From an uncultured Planctomycetota bacterium (GTDB lineage: Bacteria > Planctomycetota > PLA2 > JAEUHO01): DNA of 64,000 nt. Location of the stretch: positions 1,824,001 through 1,888,000 of the forward strand of contig CAVVXN010000005.1 of the NCBI GenBank assembly GCA_963752285.1. Reading direction: 5' to 3'. The position numbers and the translations under genes are program-made. This document shows positions 57,768 through 64,000 of this stretch, in pieces (position 1 is the stretch's first letter; each line of letters begins with the position of its first letter). The notes under the pieces were generated by a model. The model saw only the letters and a list, made by a program, of their open reading frames with translations, ran no database searches and had not been told where the DNA came from.

Positions 57768-57948
57768 GGGCCCGTCCGGGAATCCCTCTCGCTCTCGCAT
57801 CCCGGCTTCCCGCCATCTTCGACGGCTTCTCCGGCGCGAATTCCTCGACGTAGCTGGCGCTGCGCCTGCGGATCCGCTCCCTCGTCGCCGCCGAATCCGA
57901 CGCCAATCCGGGCGCGATCTGCACGAGGCGTTCCCGGCCAGGCCCTGA
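57765..57948. mobile_element. MITE-like element (178 bp between TGA repeats)
   Basis: TGA|GGGCCCGTCCGGGAATCCCTC ... GAGGCGTTCCCGGCCAGGCCC|TGA: 21-bp TIRs with 4 mismatches; nested internal inverted segments. Confidence 0.65.
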
Positions 57949-57979
57949 GCCGGGCCGCGGGGTCCCCCGGGGCCTTCCC

Positions 57980-59236
57980 CTACCAGGCGCCGACCGGGAG
58001 CACGGCGACGCGCGGCCCGGCCGCCTCCGCGAGCGCGTGCCGCAGCGCGGCCTCGGGACCGTCCTCGGGGAGGAGCCCCATCGGCCGCAGCAGGTCGCGC
58101 GAGACCTGGCTGACCACGTGCACGGGGTGGTCCTTCGCGAGACGGCGGATGGAGTAGGCGGTGAGGCCATAGGGGTGGAAGTCGCGCCGCAGCGCCGCGA
58201 GGTGGCGATCCAGACCCCGGATCTCGAACCACGGGAGCAGGTCCACGTGGCCGGGGCCTCCGGGCGCGCGCGCGAGCCAGACGATGGGCGCACCGGGCCT
58301 CGCCCACGAGGCGGCGAAGAGAAGGGCCTTGTGGGCCTGGATCAGGTCGTGGTCGCGAGGTGCACGCCCCCCGACGACGACCAGGTCGGCCGCCCCGGCC
58401 GCCACGCCGCCGAGCTTCTCGGTCCAGAGGGCGGCGGCGCGCGCGTGCGCCCCGCCCACCTCGCCGGCGGCCGCGCCGAGGATCCGGCCCTCGTCGTCGG
58501 CGACCACGTTCAGGAGGAACGCGCGGTCGAAGCGCCGTACGACCCTCAGGAGCGCGTCGCGGAAGGGATTCGGCTCGAGGCGGCCGGCGACCGACCGCAC
58601 GGCGCCGTCGGGACGGAGCACGGTTCTCAGCGTCAGGCGGTGGGCGGCGAGAACGGTCTCCCGGTCGGCCACCCCCGGCACGAACGCCTTCGGGCCGCCA
58701 CCGAACCCCGCCAGGTGGTGCGGGACCACCGCGCCCGTGAGAACGACGAGGTCCGCCTCCGCGACGAGCCGGTGCACGCGGACCTCGCCAATCTCCTCGT
58801 CCGTCCCCACCGACACGTTGTGGTCGGGCGCCATCGGAGCGCTCTGGACGGGGCGGAGCGCCCCCATCACCTCGGCGCCGAGCACCCGCTCGAGGGCACT
58901 CCGCGGCGCGGCGGGGTGGATGCCCCGCGCCACGACCACGGAGATGGACCGCGGCGCGAGCCCCGCCATCGCGAGCCGCGCGACGACGGGCAACAGGTAG
59001 ACGGAGGCCGGCGTGGCCCGGGACGGGTCGGGCACGACGACGGTGGCCCGCCGGATCCCCCGGGCGCGCTCGAGGAGCGGCGCGCTCCCGATCGGTCGGT
59101 CGAGCGCGGCGGCGACGAGGGCGAGAGCGTCGGGCGCGTCTTCGACGCGCGGCGGCGCCACCTCGAGGACCTCGGTGCCCGCGGGAAGGTCGAGATCGAG
59201 CCGCTGCTCGCCGTACCAGACACGCGCGCCGGCCAC
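57980..59236 (-). CDS. larA: LarA-family nickel-pincer racemase/epimerase
   Basis: PDPSR, ARGIH, PHHLAGFGGGPK..PG, AAH, QAHK positions match the LarA catalytic pattern. Confidence 0.8.
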   Translation of the reverse strand: MAGARVWYGEQRLDLDLPAGTEVLEVAPPRVEDAPDALALVAAALDRPIGSAPLLERARGIRRATVVVPDPSRATPASVYLLPVVARLAMAGLAPRSISVVVARGIHPAAPRSALERVLGAEVMGALRPVQSAPMAPDHNVSVGTDEEIGEVRVHRLVAEADLVVLTGAVVPHHLAGFGGGPKAFVPGVADRETVLAAHRLTLRTVLRPDGAVRSVAGRLEPNPFRDALLRVVRRFDRAFLLNVVADDEGRILGAAAGEVGGAHARAAALWTEKLGGVAAGAADLVVVGGRAPRDHDLIQAHKALLFAASWARPGAPIVWLARAPGGPGHVDLLPWFEIRGLDRHLAALRRDFHPYGLTAYSIRRLAKDHPVHVVSQVSRDLLRPMGLLPEDGPEAALRHALAEAAGPRVAVLPVGAW

Positions 59237-59374
59237 GGGGCGGATGCTACTCCCGGTCACCCGTTCCGCCGACGCGGGGAAGGAGGTGCGCCGATCGACG
59301 GCGAACCCGGGTCGCCGCCCGCCGTCCCCGCCCGCCGTCCCCGCCCGCGGGCGGCGCGTCTCGTGAGCGTCGGC

Positions 59375-59965
59375 TCAGCGATCCCCGGGCGGCTCGGGCG
59401 GCCGCACAGGCTCGGGCTCCGGACCCGGGGTGGGCGCGCCGGCGCCCGGCGGCCGGGCGGGCATCGGGCGGTGGTCGGGCCGCAGGAACCAGACGAACGT
59501 CTCCCCGAACGGGAGGTGGTCGAAGCCCTGGGAGCCCAGGTAGTCGATGACCTCCTGCACCGGCAGGTCCCGCCGTCCGTACCACGGCTCCGGAAGCTCC
59601 ACCTTCTCCATCGCGGTCTGGTCGGACGCCTCGCGGAAACGAAGCCGCATGACCTTCGAGAGCGCCGCGATCAGCTCCTTCCCGCGCGGAGCCTGCCCGT
59701 CGCGCACGCTCGGGATCGAGAGCGGCGTGTGCGGTGCCAGGATCTCTCCCTGCTGCTCGTGGGGCATGCGTCCGGGGGGGAGAACCGCGACGCGGGGGCC
59801 CCAGTCCCCGCGCGGCACGTCGTCCGTCCGCGCACGCGGCGCGCTCCCCGGACCCTCGTCGATCGGTGCGCCTTCGTAGGGCGTCGTCGGCCCGCCGGGG
59901 TGGAGGAGGAGGTAGCCGACGCCCGCCAGGGCGAGCAGGGCGAAGAGGAGGACCAACGAGCGCAT
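59375..59965 (-). CDS. Hypothetical membrane-anchored protein
   Basis: GGAGG RBS, N-terminal hydrophobic segment, Pro-rich tail. Confidence 0.6.
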   Translation of the reverse strand: MRSLVLLFALLALAGVGYLLLHPGGPTTPYEGAPIDEGPGSAPRARTDDVPRGDWGPRVAVLPPGRMPHEQQGEILAPHTPLSIPSVRDGQAPRGKELIAALSKVMRLRFREASDQTAMEKVELPEPWYGRRDLPVQEVIDYLGSQGFDHLPFGETFVWFLRPDHRPMPARPPGAGAPTPGPEPEPVRPPEPPGDR

Positions 59966-60127
59966 GCGGGCCTCCGTCCGAGCGGTCCCCCGACTCTACC
60001 CCCGCCCCGATCCTCGCGACGCCGGAGGACGCACACAGTCGCCGGGGCCGGTCCCTCCCCTCCGCTCTCCCCGCCGAGACGGACAGGGGCCGGCGCCGAG
60101 AAGACGCCGGCCCCCGGAGGAGGTGGA

Positions 60128-60148
60128 GGTCCCCGCCGAGCGGGGACC
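60128..60148 (-). terminator. Hairpin after the large surface protein gene
   Basis: 9-bp stem GGTCCCCGC/GCGGGGACC just past the stop; no U-tract. Confidence 0.35.
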
Positions 60149-60162
60149 CCCTACGGCTCGTG

Positions 60163-63100
60163 TCAGCGCCCCGCGTGGAGCACGTTGTAGCGCTTCGGGT
60201 CGCCGCTGAAGCTGAACTGCCGAGGTGTGCCGGCGCCGGCGCCGGTGAACTCGCTCGCGTAGATGTGCTTCGACTTCTCGTCGCTCGCGTCGCCGAAGCC
60301 GTAGAAGAGCTTCGTGCCCGTCGTGTCGTGCGTGATCGAGCACGAGACCCGGCCGAAGCTGCCCGTGACGTCCGCCGTGACCGTCTTGCCCAGCACGGCG
60401 CCGGTGGTGGGATCCGTCTGGATCCCGTACACGTGCCCGATCTGCTCGTGGCCGCAGTTGATGGGGTAGTAGTAGTAGGTGGACGAGAACGGCGCGTACA
60501 CGAAGGCCACCGAAGAGCCGTCGTCCGTCGCCTCGAGGTACTTGACCGTACGGTACGTGGTCGAGGTGTAGTTGTTGCTCACGAGCGTCTCGGGCAGCGC
60601 CGTGAGGAGCTCCGGGTCGCCGCCGACGTTCGAGTCGAAGTAGCCCACCTGCCCGGCGAACGCCATGTCGTCGCCATGGTACGTGGACTCGATCGGACCG
60701 CCGTAGTACGAGCTGGTGCCCGCCGGCGTCGGCCCGAAGACCTGGTAGTGCGAGCCCCAGAAGACCCGACCGCTCTTCGTCATCACCGTGTTCGAGCCAT
60801 ACTGCCCGGCCGGTCCGTAGTAGCGGTAGTAGATGCCGTACATCATGTACATGTACGACGAGCTGTAGCCGTAGGTCGGGACGAAGCTCCGCCGGAGCGG
60901 CCAGTTCGTGCCGCCGAGGGCGAAGGCGTACCCGTCCGAGTGGCCGTTGATCGACTGCGAGGCGTCGAGGCTCCTCACGTTGATCCCGACGATCCGCGTG
61001 TCCTCCTGCAGGGAGCTGCTGAGCGCCCCGCGGGTCACGATGTAGTAGAAGTCGCGGTTCGGCGACATGAACCCGCCGACCGGCTTGACGGTGCCGATGT
61101 TCCTGGCGAGCGAGAAGGAGCCGTTCGAGAACGACGGGCTCACCTGGCTCGTGTCCGTCGGGTAGACGGTGCCCTGGTCGTCCGACATCCCGCCCTCGTC
61201 GTAGTCGAGGAGGTGCGTGACGGTCTCGTCACTGAAGCTCCACGCGTAGAGGCTCCCGGCGTAGCTGTGGCTGCTGTAGTAGTAGGAAGAGCTCGCCACC
61301 GAGGGCCCGAGGCTGGACGCCCCGCCCCAGAAGATGAGCCCGTCGCCGTCGGCCGTGAAGACGAGGCCGCCGAAGGACCAGAGGATGTTGTTCGTGAAGA
61401 TCGGGGTGGAGGCGCTCTCCGTACCCGTCACCTGGCTCTCGGTCGCTCCGCTGCTCCAGTCCGCGCCGTTCGCGCTGTACGCGATCACGTCCTCGCGGGC
61501 GTACCCGAACTCGTAGTTCGCGGAGTACGACAGGTATCCGTTGTACCGCTCGACCACGACGGCGACCTTGAGGCCGTCGTCGGAGATCTCGGCCTGCGTC
61601 GCGGGGCCGGACCGCTGGCCGTACCAGTACGAATACGACGTGTTCGGACCCGACGTGAGCTGCGTACCCCGCGACGCGCCCCACGGAATACGTCGAGCGG
61701 TCGTGCTGAGTCGCTCGAGACCGGGCCCGCCCGGGTCGTCGACCCACACGTGCCGGGCGTACGTCACGGTGTAGTCGCCGGACAGGCTCGTGGTCGGCCC
61801 GGCGATGATCGCGATCTTGTCGCCATTCGCGTTCACGCGGAAGGGCATGGGGGCCGCGGACCCCTCGTGCCCGGCGTACCCGTCGCTGTAGAGGGTCACG
61901 TCCGCGTACATGTACCCGTACGTGCCGCTCTGGTAGCCGTAGGAGCAGGAGTACAGGCGTTGCATCGGGAGCTGCAGCGGGTTCCCGTACGTGTTCGTCC
62001 AGTTCGGATCGGAGCTCGCGAGGAGAGAGCCGGCGAGGCCGCCACCCTCGACGTCGTACCGGTAGACCCACTCGTACCGCCAGCCGTAGTACTCGCTGAA
62101 CGTGTAACCGTAGCAGCCGCACACGTAGTACAGGTGGTCGTTCGTGAGCGCGAGGCTCGAGGCGAAGAGCTTCTCGCCCGAGCTCGAGTAGTAGTAGTAG
62201 CCGCCGTCGGCGCCCGTCTGGATGATGGTGTACGTCTTGTCGCCCCAGGCCGCGATGCGCTCGCCGGTCAACGTGAAGATCACGATGCGACTCTGGTTCG
62301 CCGACTCCATGTTGTAGAGGTACGGGACCGACTGCTCGTGGCTGAGCTTCATGGCGGCGAAGCGCCCGTCCGGGCTCACCGTCATCTGCGGGATCTTGAA
62401 GAGGGTGGACGACGGCGTCGTCGAGTACGGGTACCCCCAGTTGTCGCCGAAGGAGTAGTAGCCCGTCGAGCTCTTGTCGAACACGATCGGCACGTAGATC
62501 TTCGACTCCGGACGGACGATGAACACGCCGATGTAGCTCGACGAGTCGAACGCGTAGAGCTGGCCGCCGCTCGTGTAGACGCCGAGATCTCGGTCCTCGG
62601 TCACGCCAGGCGTCGTGCACTGGGGAAGCTCCACCGCCGTGGTGGAGGGGTTGGCCCCGTACGCGGAGACGTAGCTGCCGCTGTGGTAGTCGTACGCGTA
62701 GTTGTAGCCCCGGTAGCCGTAGGCCTTGTTCGCGTCACCGTGCGTGAATCCCTTCGCGCCCTTCGGATTCATGTTGAAGCTGTCGTTCCACCATCCCGTG
62801 GGGTTGATGGATACGCGGAGGATGTCGATCCCCTCGAGCACGTCCTTCAGCGTCTTGTTGCTCCCGGCGGTGCTCGGGAGCGCGAGCTGGTTCGCGCCGG
62901 TCCCCACCATGTCCTTCGTGTCGTCCAGACGCCGCACGACGGCGCCGGACGTGAAGGGGAGGAAGATCTTGACGTCGAGGTCCGGGTCGTTGAGCCCCGT
63001 GCTCGTGGCGGAGGTCGAGTTCGCCAGCGTGAACGAAGTCGTGGACTCGGTGATGACGACCGTGTCCGGTCCTACCGAGGTCCGGATGACCTCGGTCGAG

Positions 63101-64000
63101 ACGCCCGCGAGCGACGTCGGGAGCGCCGCGTCGGTCGCCGAGACGGCGAACGCCTGGTACCCCTGCGTGGCGAGCTGGTCGGACTCGCCCGACACGACCC
63201 GGAGCACGCCCGTGGAGAGGAACTCGACGTGCGGGATCGGCGAGGCCCCGGCGTCGGGGTTCTGCCAGTCGATCGACCAGCCGTAGGCGCCGGCACTCTC
63301 CCCGACGACGGGGTCGGCGTCGATCTGGCTCGCGTGCGGGTGATCGCTCAGTCCGTCCTGCGGGACCCCGCCGCTCGCCAGGAGCTGCAGGCCGGGGACG
63401 CCCCCGTCGGGGTTGTAGACCTGTCCCTGCTCGAAGTCCGAGATCCGGGCGTACGGGGCGGTCGGGCTGAAGGCGCCCTCGATCGTGTAGGACGGGTCCT
63501 GCGTGAACGACGGCGCCTGCGCCATCGTGAACTGGAAGGTCTTCCAGGCGTGCTGGCCAAAGGAGTTCGGAACCAGCGCCGAGGTAACGTGGTAGTTGAT
63601 CGCGAATGTCCCGCGCCGGCGCGGGACGCCGGTGATCGCGCCCGTGTCCTCGATCAGGTAGAGGCCCTCGGGAGGCGCGCCCTGGTTCGTCACCGCGTAG
63701 TCGGGGCCGAGCGCCGAGGGCGCGGGATAGACGTACGCGTCGATCTTGTTGAGCGCAGCGGGCGGGTTGACGGTCGGCGGCCCATCCGGATTGTAGAGGA
63801 CGTCCGCCGCGGGGTTCGTCGGGTTCGGGTTGACGTCGGAGGTGTACCCGGCGGCGGGCGCCACCTCGACGAGCTCGTGGTTGAAGGGCGGGACGCCCTC
63901 CGCGACCGCGAACGAGTCGCTGTACTGCTGGCCGCACACGCCGTCGGCGAGCGTCTCGGAGGCGACGATGATCGGCGGGGTGTCGATCTTCCAGTACACC
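60163..64000 (-). CDS. Large Tyr/Ser-rich surface protein with putative Ig (He_PIG-like) domains and beta-propeller-like C-terminus; 5' end beyond the window
   Basis: LADGVCGQQYS..GVPPF, PPEGL..TGAITGVP, SGGVP; SPDGRF, SDDGLKVA and TADGDGL blade motifs; open frame to the window end. Confidence 0.8.
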   Translation of the reverse strand, partial: VYWKIDTPPIIVASETLADGVCGQQYSDSFAVAEGVPPFNHELVEVAPAAGYTSDVNPNPTNPAADVLYNPDGPPTVNPPAALNKIDAYVYPAPSALGPDYAVTNQGAPPEGLYLIEDTGAITGVPRRRGTFAINYHVTSALVPNSFGQHAWKTFQFTMAQAPSFTQDPSYTIEGAFSPTAPYARISDFEQGQVYNPDGGVPGLQLLASGGVPQDGLSDHPHASQIDADPVVGESAGAYGWSIDWQNPDAGASPIPHVEFLSTGVLRVVSGESDQLATQGYQAFAVSATDAALPTSLAGVSTEVIRTSVGPDTVVITESTTSFTLANSTSATSTGLNDPDLDVKIFLPFTSGAVVRRLDDTKDMVGTGANQLALPSTAGSNKTLKDVLEGIDILRVSINPTGWWNDSFNMNPKGAKGFTHGDANKAYGYRGYNYAYDYHSGSYVSAYGANPSTTAVELPQCTTPGVTEDRDLGVYTSGGQLYAFDSSSYIGVFIVRPESKIYVPIVFDKSSTGYYSFGDNWGYPYSTTPSSTLFKIPQMTVSPDGRFAAMKLSHEQSVPYLYNMESANQSRIVIFTLTGERIAAWGDKTYTIIQTGADGGYYYYSSSGEKLFASSLALTNDHLYYVCGCYGYTFSEYYGWRYEWVYRYDVEGGGLAGSLLASSDPNWTNTYGNPLQLPMQRLYSCSYGYQSGTYGYMYADVTLYSDGYAGHEGSAAPMPFRVNANGDKIAIIAGPTTSLSGDYTVTYARHVWVDDPGGPGLERLSTTARRIPWGASRGTQLTSGPNTSYSYWYGQRSGPATQAEISDDGLKVAVVVERYNGYLSYSANYEFGYAREDVIAYSANGADWSSGATESQVTGTESASTPIFTNNILWSFGGLVFTADGDGLIFWGGASSLGPSVASSSYYYSSHSYAGSLYAWSFSDETVTHLLDYDEGGMSDDQGTVYPTDTSQVSPSFSNGSFSLARNIGTVKPVGGFMSPNRDFYYIVTRGALSSSLQEDTRIVGINVRSLDASQSINGHSDGYAFALGGTNWPLRRSFVPTYGYSSSYMYMMYGIYYRYYGPAGQYGSNTVMTKSGRVFWGSHYQVFGPTPAGTSSYYGGPIESTYHGDDMAFAGQVGYFDSNVGGDPELLTALPETLVSNNYTSTTYRTVKYLEATDDGSSVAFVYAPFSSTYYYYPINCGHEQIGHVYGIQTDPTTGAVLGKTVTADVTGSFGRVSCSITHDTTGTKLFYGFGDASDEKSKHIYASEFTGAGAGTPRQFSFSGDPKRYNVLHAGR

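Overview
A very GC-rich bacterial chromosomal segment, almost certainly Planctomycetota. Support: the PVC-signature small basic protein at 47220, the lpxC-fabZ fusion, and many signal-peptide HEAT/TPR, VWA and NPCBM proteins. Most of it is core genome: corA, tRNA-Lys, rpsB-tsf-pyrH-frr, bamA-skp-lpxC/fabZ-lpxA-Gfo/Idh/MocA, dnaB, tatC-ychF-cinA-tRNA-Gln-glmU-prs-rplY-pth-rpsF-rpsR-rplI, coaE-rho, recG, an ECF sigma/anti-sigma pair, PP2C, pdxA, dsbD, queD, TetR and a larA-like gene. Most ORFs in the supplied track are GC-rich shadow frames. No CRISPR, prophage, transposase or rRNA was seen. The most notable items are: (1) two unannotated MITE-like elements with terminal inverted repeats, target duplications and internal hairpins, each inserted exactly at a stop codon (11802-12063; 57765-57948); (2) uncharacterised exported envelope proteins: a membrane-anchored coiled-coil/BRCT protein, a HEAT scaffold coupled to a minimal lytic transglycosylase, a HEAT protein with a secretin-like hairpin, a 10x DxNGDGD lipoprotein and a Tyr-rich Ig protein; (3) a DnaA-box-like array upstream of dnaB; (4) single-G homopolymer frameshifts in lpxA and dsbD, probably sequencing errors; (5) a decayed GNAT pseudogene next to tRNA-Lys; (6) a probable CTG start for coaE; (7) several apparently leaderless genes. 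Family assignments come from motif recognition by eye; no searches were run.
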